Of a stretch of 64,000 nucleotides of DNA, positions 43,675 through 55,748 are shown piece by piece; position 1 is the stretch's first letter, and each line of letters begins with the position of its first letter. The position numbers and the translations under genes are program-made. This DNA comes from Emiliania huxleyi CCMP1516 (taxonomy: Eukaryota): NCBI RefSeq assembly GCF_000372725.1, contig NW_005202427.1, forward strand, positions 1 to 64,000. The letters are read 5' to 3'. The notes under the pieces are model-generated. The model saw only the letters and a program-made list of their open reading frames with translations, did no database searches and was not told the DNA's origin.

Positions 43675-46613
43675 GACGCGATCTTTGTCAAGCGCAACAA
43701 CTTCAACCTGCTGCTCCACGAGACGTTCGGCGGCGGCTTCTCGCCCACCGCCGTTCTCAAGCTGCGCCGCCTCGCGCGCAAAGTCGCGCGCGGCAGCGTC
43801 GACCGCACGGCCTACTCGCCCAAGTACTCGCTCTCTTTTATGTCCCACCATGCAGAGCGCATCTCTCTCTCTGTTGTGCGAGGCGTGAACCGCGCCATTC
43901 GCTCTCACCTGGCAACCCTGTCTGCACGTCTCGCGCGCGCGTGAACAGGGCAATCAATTGAAGTCGACCGCCCAAATCTGTCCCCCCCCCGCAAACTCTA
44001 AACCACCATAAACTACAGTCTGCAGGGGCTCCATCCAGGCCCCAAATGACGTGTGAGTGTTAGAGTTGTTTGGTATTGCTAAAAATCTCTCTCTCTAGGC
44101 TGCCAAGCCCACCCTCCCTGTACCGCAGCGCGGCGCGAACCATCATGTGCTCGCGCAACTCCGCCTTGGGAGGCAACTCGCCGGAGTCCTCGAATTTCGC
44201 GATTGGATTCATAGGAAGATAAGAAACAGAATTACAAGCCTCTCTCACAGCACACTGGCACGACAAGGGCGCGGACTGGCGCGGACTGGCACACACACAC
44301 GCTACCCAACGCGGCCAAAGGATATCCACCTCGAGAACCTGAGAACACACACACTGAGAGTAAGAATTTCGCCGCCGAAAGAAGCTTGTCCCCATCCTTC
44401 CACTCCAGCCCGGCCTCTCGAGCGTTTTGCATGTCGGAGCACTCCTCTGAGCACTCCGACGGGGAGCTGGTCGACGACCAGAGCCGCTCGCCGAGCCCAG
44501 GCCCGGACGAGCCTCAGCCGGCGTGCGACACTCAAGCCGCAAAGCCCGACCACGGCGGTGCCTCTGGCAGCAAGGCCGCTTCTCCCTCTTCACCCGCCTC
44601 CTCGATTGGCGGACTCTCTCGCCAGGTGTGGCATGCTCCTCGCGGCCCTCCTTGCCCCAGAGACTCTTACAGACGGTCATTGGCACTCCTTACCGACGTC
44701 CTCAGGCGCTGCTGGTTGCCGTCGGTCTGCCTCTCGCATTCATCGTCGGCGCGGCCACCTCATCTGCAGGTGCCAAGCAGCCCTGGGAGGGGTTGGGTAT
44801 GCACGACGCACCGTCCCTGGGGCGTGCCGTGGGCCGGGCACGCCTGCCGACTCTCTCCATCCAATGCCTCGGCACTGCGTCCTCACCAGCCGCTCCTGCC
44901 GCAGTCTCCACCGCGGCGCTCGAGGCGAGCCGCACTACGAGCTCGACCTACACCAGCACTCTCCACCGCGCGACCGACTGCCTTTCCCCGCGACGCTGCT
45001 CTCCACGCCCTCCTTCGCTGCCGCCACTCCCCACTCACACACGCCCGCCGGCTCCAGCACCTTTCCCCACCCAACCCCGCCACCGCCTCCCGCCACCGCC
45101 TCCACCTCCACCTTCACACACACACACACACAAGCCACCCCACACACAAGCCACCCCAGGCCGTCTCGCACTGACGTCCGCTGCCTCGCCGCGCCCAGGC
45201 CTGCCGCTCCAACGCCGCCGCCGACTCCGTGCGCCCCTCCTCCGCCCTAGAGCCCAGATGCCTCTGCAGTGGTGAGGCCTGCTGTGTGGCTCAATAGGCT
45301 CGCCTCGCCTCGCTCACGCGAAACATGTGCGAGAGTAGCCGAGGGTAGCCGAGGGTAGCCGAGAGCCGAGAGCCTCGCTCACGCCGTGCGCCCGATGCGA
45401 GGGGGGTAGCCGAGAGACGCCCTCCCGCCACAGAGGCAGCACAGAGGCGTCCTGCCTCCGCCCTGGACGGGTCATCTCGAGATGGTGGGGAGGGCATCAG
45501 TTGGCTCGCGGCGCCTGCCCGGTGACAGCTCTCCTTACCCCCCCCCCCCCCCCCTCTCGCACACAGGCAGCAGCGCGAGGGCCGCGTGTCGGTGGCAGAG
45601 TCGCAGCTGCAGGTGTGCCGCCCGAGGGGATGTCGGTGTGGGCACGCGCTCACTCGCCCGGGCGGGACGGCGCAGGCGCGGGAGATGGAGCTGCACGACG
45701 CAAACCTGCGCATTGCCAGGCTCCAGGCGCCGGTCCAGCACCCCCCCTCCGGGGGATGCCGCTGCCCTGCTGCCTCCCCCTCGGACCGTTCCGGCCTCGG
45801 GCTTGCCAGCCCACCCCCCCCTTCCCCCACCCCGCCCACCGGCGCTCGCCCTCGCTGCAGGCCAAGTGCGGCTGGTGGTGCTCCGGCGAGTGAGGGCCCG
45901 GCGGTCGGACGAGGCGGTGGGCCGGAGCGCGCCAAGTTGCAGTCGCCGACGGGACGATATCGGGAAAGACGGAACGCGATGAGTCCTCGTCGATCCCTTA
46001 TAGTGACCCGGCCGTCTCCGCTGGCCCGGCGGGACGAGGGCTGGCGTGAGATTCGGCCGGGGGTTGTAGGTAGCGGTCGGGGCGGGGGGCGGAGGGACAG
46101 GCACGAGTAACAGCTGGGGCCTGGCCCGGGGGGGGGGGGGGGGGGTCAGCGGTGTGCGCCCCTCTGAGGACCACTGAGCGAAGGGCGCCTTATTTCGGCC
46201 AGGTATTTCACGTATGTATCTGAGGTGGCGACGGCACCCCTAAGAATTCCAACAATACCCCCCTCAGCCTCACAAGGACACAGCAGACTGACTGGCTCGG
46301 ACTGGCACCACTACAAATGGCACAGTGCTGGTGTGGAACCTTCTTTTCTAGTATCTAGATAGACGATTGAAAAAGGTTGGATTGAGAGCAGCCTCGCTCT
46401 CAATCCTACTTCCTAGAAGTCGAAGGCTTTTGTGTTTTGAGCAGCACTCCTCGCAATCGTAGCATCTCTGTGCGATTGTGAGCGCCTACGCTCGCAATCC
46501 TACATCTTCTAGAATCTAGTGGAAGAAAGGTCAAGAGAGATTCTTAAAAACGCAAAAAAAAGAAAAAGACTCATTGCACCTCACAGAAGAGGGTCGGCAC
46601 TTCGCCGCGGAGC

Positions 46614-47213
46614 ATGCTGGACACCGCCTCGCTCAGAGAAAGCCTGCCCGACTCGCCCTCGAGGGGGGGCAAGGCGCCCCCCTACGACGCGGTTCAGATG
46701 TCTCTCGACCTGCAAGAGCGCTATGACGTGGACGTCGACCTGACCGGCACCAAACTCGCGGCCGTAACGTCATCCTTGCGAGAATGCCTCTCACCAAGAA
46801 CATTCGCCTTCTTGCAGACGCTGTGCGAGCCGGTGTTCTCGCGGTTATCGCCAGACCTGGTGAACGTGGAGGCCATGCTGCGGCAGCTCGAGACCGCCCT
46901 CGTCCGCTCGCTCGACGTGTGCTCGCGCGGAGTTGAGGGCGAGGACCCTGAGAAGCTCTTTGAACCGCTCGCGGGCTCGCTGGTCGCGATGCTGCGGGAC
47001 GTGGTCTCCAATCCGGCGAAGGTGGTGGAGAACGCCAGATTGAAGGCCTCCGACGAGGCGCGCCAAGGGGAGCGCGACGCAGCAAAGAAGGCCAAGGCGG
47101 CGGCCAAGGAGGCCAAGCGAGCGCTTGCGGCGTCCAGAAAAGCGGCGCGGCTAGCGCAGCGGCAAGAGGGCGGGCGGGAGGAGATCGCCGCGGGCGGAGA
47201 CGAGGCGGAGTGA
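46614..47213 (+). CDS. Hypothetical protein
   Basis: 199-aa ORF with protein-like composition and a charged helical C-terminus; no family recognised. Confidence 0.4.
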   Translation: MLDTASLRESLPDSPSRGGKAPPYDAVQMSLDLQERYDVDVDLTGTKLAAVTSSLRECLSPRTFAFLQTLCEPVFSRLSPDLVNVEAMLRQLETALVRSLDVCSRGVEGEDPEKLFEPLAGSLVAMLRDVVSNPAKVVENARLKASDEARQGERDAAKKAKAAAKEAKRALAASRKAARLAQRQEGGREEIAAGGDEAE

Positions 47214-48070
47214 GCCGCTGGCCGCCCCTGAGTCTCGAAAGGGGCGCGGCTCGCGCGCTGCTGGCCGGGGGGCGCGTGGAGGGGGGAGGGGGGGGGCGCT
47301 CCGTACGATTACTTGTGGGCATGGTTGATGCCGCTGCACAGCATGGCGGGGAGGGAGGGGAGGGGGGACAGCGTCCGGATGCCGAGCCCAAGTAGTACTT
47401 TGCGGGCGCCGGCGCGCCTCCGGCTGCTACCTCGAGGTGTGCGCACGGTCTTGCACGTTGAGCATGAAGCGGGAGGGTGGTTTGTGGGAGCGTCTTGCGG
47501 GGCTTGTCCGGAGGTGTGTGCGGGGTACGAGCACGCGCCTGTGCGTGGCACCGCGGCATGGTCCATGTGGAGAGTTTTGAGTAGTGCGCAACTTTTGGTT
47601 TTGCGGTTCGTGCTCTCATCTACGAGCGATGTTGATTTGGAATCCTGTCAACGATTGGATTGTGTATACCCCCGGGCGGGCCCCGCGACCACGGACCAGT
47701 GCATAGTGTCGCTGTACACACAACTCTGTCGCTGTACTCCTCCCTAAGCGCCTTTCGAAAACGCAGCGTCTACTACGTACCTGCGCTTGTGCGTGGTTGG
47801 TGCATCTGGGAAATCCTCGAGGGGAAATCTTTCTTGCCCAAAGGAGGGAGGTCAGCTGCATCATTCAGCCCGGAGAGCCCGCTCGCGCGCTGTGTCTACC
47901 CTCCAGCTCAAGCTCATGGTCTCCGCCCCCCACCTCTCCCTCATTCTCTCTGCCCTGTCTTCTCTGAGTTATCGACACTGGATCCGAAACAAGGGCCTCA
48001 AAAGCAAGCCGCTGGAGTCAAGTCTCGCCGTATCCACTCGGCGTGCAAGACCTGCCATACAGCAAGGACA

Positions 48071-48696
48071 TCACGCGGCCGGGCTGGACTTGTCGGCAAT
48101 CTTCTTGAGCTCGAGAAGGTTGTTAATCACGGACATCATTGCCAGCTCGACCTAACGAGAGGGATGTGGCCATGCATGACGACACTGAGCCTATCCGATC
48201 ATGCCGCAGCGTAAGGGTGTGGATATTTGCAGCATCTGGGCAGGCGAGGCCTTTCCCGTACTCTCTTGGAACAGGTTGTCAGTCATGAAGATAAAGTTGT
48301 CGGTCATCCCCAGCTTCTCGCAGGCCTTCAGGTAGAAGCTGATGTTCTCTCTCTGGACGGCCGGCTGGCTTGTTGACCGAGGCCACTTGCAGACGTCTTT
48401 CTTGATCTTGTTGGCGAGCTGGCATAGGACGACGCCCGACTGCAAAACTTTCTGGAACTCAAGGGCTCCCAGACCGTCCTCCAGCTTTTCATCCAAGACC
48501 TTCTCGATCCACGTGCGCACTTCCTGTTCTTTAGCGATGTCGTACTTCTTCTTGGCCTACCATCGTGATCGGCAGAGGCTCAACAGGGCGATCGTCGTGA
48601 GATAGGGCTACGCGGCAAACGCACGTTGTCTGCGATGTCTTTATCCAGACCGAAATTCCCGTCCTCGGTCGGCTGAACGTAAATCCCGTTGTTCAC
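48071..48696 (-). CDS. Calponin/transgelin-like single CH-domain protein, multi-exon; start not determined
   Basis: Spliced GNFGLDKDIADN|AKKKYDIAKEQEVRTWIE..LQSGVVLCQLANKI..RENISFYLKAC..F.TDNLF|..SVINNLLEL. Confidence 0.8.
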
Positions 48697-49088
48697 CTAC
48701 GAGTGCAAGGACGTAACTAGCACAGCTAATTCTGGGTTCGCGTCCCACCGCTGCCATCATACCTGCTTGTCCTGGGCGGCGCGGGGGATGACATCCGTCA
48801 TCTCGACGGCGGCTGTCGATGTGTCCTGCAATGGACGTCGCCGCTTCCTTTTGCTGGAAAATAGTTCCAATTTTCCTTCCGCGCGACCCGAGCCGCCGGG
48901 TGCCCCGCAACAACCTCGTTGATCATGAGCCAGAAGATCGGCTCGCGAGATGGGGTGCTAGTATGTATGAGACCGATGCGTCGCAGTTCTCTTGCCGGGG
49001 GGGGCGCTTCGGCGGTAGTTAGTGGTCACGGAACCCGAACACCCTTCGGAGTCGCTCCTCATCGCAAACCCTGTCACTACATACACTG

Positions 49089-51193
49089 AGTAGGCAAGGA
49101 GAGTTGGAGTATTTCACAGTATTTCCAGTATCCCAGTATCTGAGGTGCTGTGGCGCAGTATTCCAGTATTTCAGACACGCAAAGCAAGTATTTTTATTGC
49201 AATACTGCATGCTACCTGCACACGGCCCTTGGCCAAGTATCCCAATATCCCGCAAGCGAAGGCCAAGTATCGGTGGCGCAAATACCTCTCTGCCGCGAGG
49301 GTGATACTGCAATACTGGGCCTGGGGCATGCAGATACTGTGTTACTGAAGTAGTGTGGCCATGGCAGTATCGCGCAGTATTTTCACCGCAATACTCGGAG
49401 CCGGCGCATCGGATACTGGGATACTGCAGGATACTGCGGGATACTGCTGGATACTGCTGGATACTGGCAATTCATGGAAGTGTGCCCGTGTGTAAGCCAT
49501 GGTCCAGCAGCCAGCTGCATCCCCATCCTTCTCACTGGTAGTTGTCACCATGCAGCTGCACCCCTCCCTAGAGCATCCCTGGCTGATGTGGATACCGGAT
49601 CCTGGGAGACTGGGATACTGCGGACCGGCTTGGGCCACAAATGTCGCAAGTGGGCTGTGGTGATGCCAGGCGTTATGTGATTGTTCCAGAATGCATCGGC
49701 AGGAGTTGTGATGTGTGGAAGCTCACGAGTTCTCCGACTGCCGCTCGGTAGTCGGTAAAGAGCTCGTATCCGCTGCCATTTCTGCCGCCGAGCTGAACAG
49801 CGGCGGTGAAGCACGGCCGGCTGTGTCAGGACCGCGCCCGGCGCTGGAGAGTGCTCGAGAGCATCCGACATCGTCGACCGCAGCGGCATGGTCGGCCGAG
49901 GTGATTCAGTTTATGTGTAGGTCCGTCACCCGTTTGCCGTGATGCTCAGCGGCGGCGCCCACACCGGTGGGTTCACTCGAGACGGTCCGGCGCCAAGCAA
50001 AGAGTTGTGTCGGTCACCAGAGCCTGCTGTGTGGCGGTGTGCGGCCGATTGGGGTCGTGCGGGGCTGGTTGGGGTTGGCGGGAGGAGACATCGAAGGAAC
50101 TTCGGCGACATGAATGACGCTCGAACTTTTCGACCGTTCTACACTTTCACGCGCCCTCCCTGGGTCACAGCACTTGCGAGAGGGCGCCGCGACGCCCGGC
50201 CGCCTGAGATGCAAAAGTTTGCACACGCCATTCAAGCGCTGCAGACGCTGGTGCTCCTGCGTGCCGGCGCCAAGCTTCAATTGCCAAGGCTGACGCTGCA
50301 TCACAACGTTGATATCGCATGCAGTGCGCTTGTGGGAGCTGACGCGCCCAGCCAATCCAGCGCCCCTAGCCACCGAGATAGCTCTGGGACCCTTTTACGG
50401 CACAGCTGCTGTGTGATATACTATGATTCCTGTGCGTGCGCCGCAGGACGTGACCACCTTGCTGCTCTCAATGTTGGCCGTGACGCCTCCCCGATGTGGG
50501 TCTTCCTCTCCACACAGCACCAGCACCAGTGCACTGCCACGACACTCTCCCTCAGTTCCAGCACTGGCGCCTCAGCCGTCTTCGCCCACCTCGTTGCGTT
50601 GCCGCCTTCCCCACCCCGCCAGCCCTTGCACACGCGTTTACACCATTGCGCCGGCAGGGCGCGGGCACACACTTTACGGCAGTCTTCGCTTGCCCACGCT
50701 GCTCAATTGGCTCAATCCCTCCCCACCTAGCTGCTGCCTCGCATCCCGCTGCTGGACGTACGACTGCGGCCGCAGCGCAGTGCATCGCTCGAGGGCCGAC
50801 CCCGGATACTGGGATACTGCAGGATACTGCAGGATACTGCGGGATACTGCTGGATACTGGCCATCTCTGATGCGGATACTGGGATACTCGGCGGGGCTGG
50901 AGGACCAAGTAGCGCCCAGTATTGCAGTATTATTACTTGGCATTTAGCTCTGTGATACTGGGATACTTCGCCGGCGTGGATCGAGTACTGTGATACTCAC
51001 CGGGTGCGTCAACACGAGTATCGAAGTATCTGCGGTACCAACTCGGAGTATTGAAGTATTATTACTGCGCCATATCTCACAGGGAAATCTTTCACAGTAT
51101 CCCAGTATTCGAGGCCTGCTGCGAAGTATCCCAGTATCTGGACAGCCTCCGCGAAGTAGAAGTAAGAAAATACTCCAACTCTCCTTGCCTACT
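49089..51193. mobile_element. 2.1-kb non-autonomous TIR element with GGATACTG/CAGTAT arrays
   Basis: 26-bp perfect TIR AGTAGGCAAGGAGAGTTGGAGTATTT at 49089-49114 and 51168-51193; no clear TSD. Confidence 0.8.
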
Positions 51194-52629
51194 GAATATG
51201 CAATAGGTCGAATAATGAATGAAACGTAGTGGCCCGGTTCATCCAAGATATGGAGACCGACGCGCGGCTTTGCACGCGCACTTCCATTGACGATGCGACA
51301 GCCGTCCTCCGCAGAGCCCTCGCAACGATTGCGGCGCCCTTCTCAGCCGCATCGGCGCCATCGCCAGGGCCCTCGCCCTTCAGGCTGCCATCACCGTCCT
51401 GCGCCGGCGTTGTAGCAGGCTGCTCAGCTCAACAGTCAATCGCTGTGGGACCCTCCGAAAGATCGCTCGGCACCCAACCGTTCTGCACCTGTCCTGGCTG
51501 CGGCACCCCTCTGTGAGCGATTCCATGCAATCTCGCATGTGCCCATGCTCCCAGAGAGGTGTATCCATGACCTGCATTCGTCGCCAAGCACGTCCGTGAT
51601 TTCCCAGACGCACCACCAAAGACTGTCTCATACCACCTCCTGGCCTGCCACAAGACTCCCGACTGCTCTCGGCCAGGGCTCACACCCTGCACACGCGGGA
51701 TCGGGGGATGTCACGGCGACCCCATGCCGCGGCATGTGCGCGCTCTGATCGCCCCTCCACAGCGGTGCAGCGTGTGGAGACTCTTGTGAGTTGCCAGTGG
51801 ATAGTGAGAATCACCCGTCGTGATTTCAACTCGGATGTCTGTAAGGCAGATCTGGCTTTACAATTGAGTACGCGCTTCGCGCAGGGGCTGGAAACACACA
51901 CCTCACACACCAGTCTCACCAGGTCACCACCCCAAAGAGCCAAACACACACTCCTCTCTGTGCGCGCTCTGGTCTCTCCTGCGCGCTGCGGTCCGCACCC
52001 CGCGACGCGGTAAAATAATGGATTATTCTCCGGTGTTCTAAATTCACCCGCGGCAGCCTCAAGAGCGGGAGCGCGGCGGAGCCTCTTCTGAGTCCTCTGC
52101 CCACCCCCCTGCGAGGGCTTTTGCGAGGTCTCGGATCTAGGCAAACCAGAATTCTTTTGTGTTAGTGCCACCAGCGAGCCGTCTTTTTACCAGGTTGCAA
52201 CCCTAGTTTCGCACTGTGCTGTGAACGCTGCTGGTTGGCGTCGGTTGCGCAGCACCCCGTCCCCATCCAGGTTGTTGGTTGCTGCCCCAGGTCCACCGCA
52301 CCGTTCTCTGGATAGGTGCAACGCCCCGTTCTCTGGAACTGGATCATGCTTGTTCGGGTACGTGGTTCGCCCGTCCCTGTGTCCCGTGCACGTCGCCCGT
52401 CGGCAAAGCCGACGACCTATGGTGCAATACACGCCGCTGGTTGTGGGGAGGACGTGCCGCTCGATGCTGCGGGCGGCGTTGACGTTCACGCCAGTTCACG
52501 AATTTGGCCCCAGCTGTTTGGCTCGCTCCGTGCTCGCCGGTGAGTTGGTTGGTTGCTGGCAGCACCCCAGCACCGGGGGGTCCTGAGAGCTGTTGGTTGC
52601 CGCTCGATTCACAGCCTTGTTATGAGAAG

Positions 52630-52811
52630 CCTACTCTCTGAATACGTATTCCACGTATTCCAATCGACCCCTCCTAGGGCTGTATTCTACCCGTATTGGC
52701 AGTATTCCGGCCGTATTCCACACGTATTCCAGAATACGTATTCCAAACGAGGCCCAAAAAGCGACGTATTCCGTATCAAATTTTCTTCGCTCCGCTAATT
52801 CAGAGAGTAGG
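52630..52811. mobile_element. 182-bp hAT-like MITE with CGTATTC arrays
   Basis: 14-bp TIR CCTACTCTCTGAAT; 8-bp TSD ATGAGAAG at 52622-52629 and 52812-52819. Confidence 0.9.
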
Positions 52812-52960
52812 ATGAGAAGAAAATACGATATACGTCCTATGGCGCTATGCGCTGGTCTGTGAGAGGTTGAGGATGAGGTGCGAGCCCGGGAGGCCCTGGG
52901 GATGGGGGGAGACTACCCGCGGGCCTAGAAGGCCCGCGCGCAATTCACAGCACAGTGCGA

Positions 52961-53140
52961 GTAGGTAGGTAGGTAGAAAGGTGAATAACAGCCAGGCTCG
53001 GACTGGACACCAACGCGGTATGGGTGGACGCTAGACAGATGATGACGACACGCACGAGCGACACACAGACACAAACAGGCTCACAAGACACACAGCCAGC
53101 TGGCTGCCACACACCCTGAGTTGGCGTATACATAACTCAA
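52961..53140 (-). mobile_element. Retroposon family C copy
   Basis: Matches 31850-32025. Confidence 0.75.
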
Positions 53141-53225
53141 CAAGGGTTGCAACCTCGTAAAAAAAGACAACAAACGTGGCAAAGACGAGTCGAGCCCAGG
53201 CTTAGCCCAGCGCGAAGATGTGTAT

Positions 53226-54044
53226 ATGCACTCGGCGCTCGTGCTAACCAGCCTGCCCGTATCTCGTGCACGGCTTTTACAGGGCGCCGGAGCGCTGTGC
53301 GGCCTCCCATTCGCGTGCGAGTTGTATGCGCGTGCACCACCACGCTGGTCCTCAGACGAGCTTCCCAAGGCCTTCGAAGCCGTGACCGCCGACGTGAAAG
53401 AGCTGGTGGTGCTGCTGCCTGGTGCAGGAGGTCCGGACGCAAACACGCGGCGCATAGTGGCGGCGCTTGGTGGCAGGGGCGTGCAGGTTGTGGAGTACGA
53501 CTATCGCCGTTTTGCGGGCGACACGCTCAGAGCGCCATTCAACTCGCAGCGCGTCGGCGAGACGCTGGGCGAGGAGCTGGCGCGCGTGCAGTCTGCAGGC
53601 GGGCTGCCGAGGCTGGAGGTGCTCCATCTCATCGGAGTGTCGGTGGGTGCCTTCGCCGCTGACCGCTGCGCGGGTGTATACGCCGCGCGCGTGCCAGCTA
53701 GCGGGCGGGCTAGGACGAGGCTCACCCTCCTGGACCCGTTCACGGCGCGCGGGCTCGGCGGGCTAGCGCGGGCGTCCTCGGCGTACGGCGTCGCCCGCTT
53801 CGGCTCGAGCGCCGACGAGGCTTGGGCTATCTTCAACGCCGATGACCCTGTGCCTTCGACCAACTCGCCGCTGCGCCTCTGCTCCAACCTTGACGTCACC
53901 GCCGCCGAGGCGCGCGCAAGCTTCGAGCCGCTGCCGGGAGATTCGCTGCACTCGTGGCCGTGCGCATGGTTCGGGCTTTTGGGGGGGCAGATCCCTGCTG
54001 GAGCGGCGCAGACACGCCGCGGCGACGTTTTCGTGGTATCGTAA
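53226..54044 (+). CDS. Alpha/beta-hydrolase-fold (lipase/esterase-like) protein
   Basis: Nucleophile elbow HLIGVSVGA, LTLLDP, DDPVP and a late His (LHSWP). Confidence 0.65.
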   Translation: MHSALVLTSLPVSRARLLQGAGALCGLPFACELYARAPPRWSSDELPKAFEAVTADVKELVVLLPGAGGPDANTRRIVAALGGRGVQVVEYDYRRFAGDTLRAPFNSQRVGETLGEELARVQSAGGLPRLEVLHLIGVSVGAFAADRCAGVYAARVPASGRARTRLTLLDPFTARGLGGLARASSAYGVARFGSSADEAWAIFNADDPVPSTNSPLRLCSNLDVTAAEARASFEPLPGDSLHSWPCAWFGLLGGQIPAGAAQTRRGDVFVVS

Positions 54045-54617
54045 CGCGGGATATCGGATAACATCGGCTCCGGCCTCCGCGCGTCTAGGGATCTCTTAGA
54101 GAGATGTTAGAGGTGGGTTAAGAGGGAGATGCGCGCGAGCTGCGGGACCGCCGGGACGGCGGGCGGGTGATTGCGACTCGCCGCCACTTTTGGCGACTTT
54201 TGGGACGCGCGATCGATCGACCGAGAATATCGACACATGGCGGGCGAGAGGCCGTCACGGCCATGATCGCGGCTGACGACGCCGGCGACGACCCCCTGGC
54301 GGACCGCCGCAAGGACCGGGAGGCATAGATGGTCCCAGGTAGCAGGCTCCACACCACCTGACTCGCGTCGTGCCACCTGAAAGCTACAAAATGCCGGATT
54401 TTGCACGAGACACACGCGGAAAGCGCCACACGTGCCTCCACGAGTCCTTTGCAGCTGTTTGCACAAAATGCAGGTGGCTTTAGCCACTTGCTCCATGAGC
54501 AAAACCGTCCAAAAAGCACCTGGAGCAGACGGCTTACGCCGCCTGTGGACATGGACAAAACAGTGCAAAAAGCACCTGGAGCAGATTCCAAACGCCGCCT
54601 GTGGCCATGTGACCGCT

Positions 54618-55501
54618 CGGGTGGCGCCAGGTGGCTTCGCCCCCCTCCAAGCCACCTGCCCCCCCTCGCCACACCTGCCTGGAGGGCTGGAGCACGTGCG
54701 CCACCTGGGCCCGGGCAGGTGGCTCCAGGTGGCTTCGGCCCCTCCAAGCCACCTGCATGCCCCCCCTCGCCACACACACCTGGAGGGCTGGAGCACGTGC
54801 GCCACCTGGGCGTCACTTCGGAAATTTCATCGTGCGTGTTCTTTTGAATAGGAATGTACTATACACCGCCTCGGCACCACGAGCCGCCCAGCCGCGCCTC
54901 CACAATCCACTCTCGCAACTCTACCGCGCAGCCAGCACACGCGACGTCGGCGAGGCCGACAAAGCTCTGCATGGCCTGGTTCATCGGTGATCGAGTGATG
55001 GCGTATTATCGGGCAGTCTTCTCATTGGCGAGTCAGACTGCTCAGCGTCGGCAGCAACAGTGCGTGACCAGCGCAGCCACCGGCTCCTGCGGCGTTTGCA
55101 GCCACACCAAACGCCCGCGCGGGCCGGGTTGAAGCCCCAGGCTTATGTCGACGCCGGACATTGATTGTAGCCGCCGATGACCGCCGCAGGCCCTCATTCA
55201 CACACCCCACAGTCCCAGTTTGCAGCGCGGGGAGGAGCGGGGAGGCTCGCGTTTGGCAGCCAGCCCTTCCGTGGCTCGGATTTTCCGTTTCCGAATTCAA
55301 ACTTGCGCCAGGTGGCGCACGTGCTCCGGCCCTCCAGGTGTGGCGAGGGGGGGCATGCAGGTGGCTTGGAGGGGCCGAAGCCACCTGGCGCCACCTGCCC
55401 AGCTACCCGGCCCAGGTGGCGCACGTGCTCCAGCCCTACAAGTGTGGCGAGGGGGGCGGGGCAGGTGGCTTGGAGGGGCCGAAGCCACCTGGCGCCACCC
55501 G
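54618..55501. mobile_element. Foldback element with ~190-bp TIRs made of GCCACCTG/CAGGTGGC units
   Basis: 54618-54810 is the approximate reverse complement of 55305-55501; no TSD found. Confidence 0.7.
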
Positions 55502-55748
55502 TCGTGAGAGCAAGTATCGTGAGAGCAAGCGTGCGAGAAAATGTACCACATACCACACACTCGCACACTGGAGACGCTGGACGCACCGCGCGGAAACACA
55601 GAAGACACGAGACGGGGGGGATGGGCGGGGGAGAGAGCGAAGTGAATGTCATGCACCGGAGACATACGGCTCTTCTTATGGCCCGCACGGTATAGGTACG
55701 GCCGGCGCGCGCCAGAGGCGCCACTACAGACGCGGATCGTGGCCGCCC

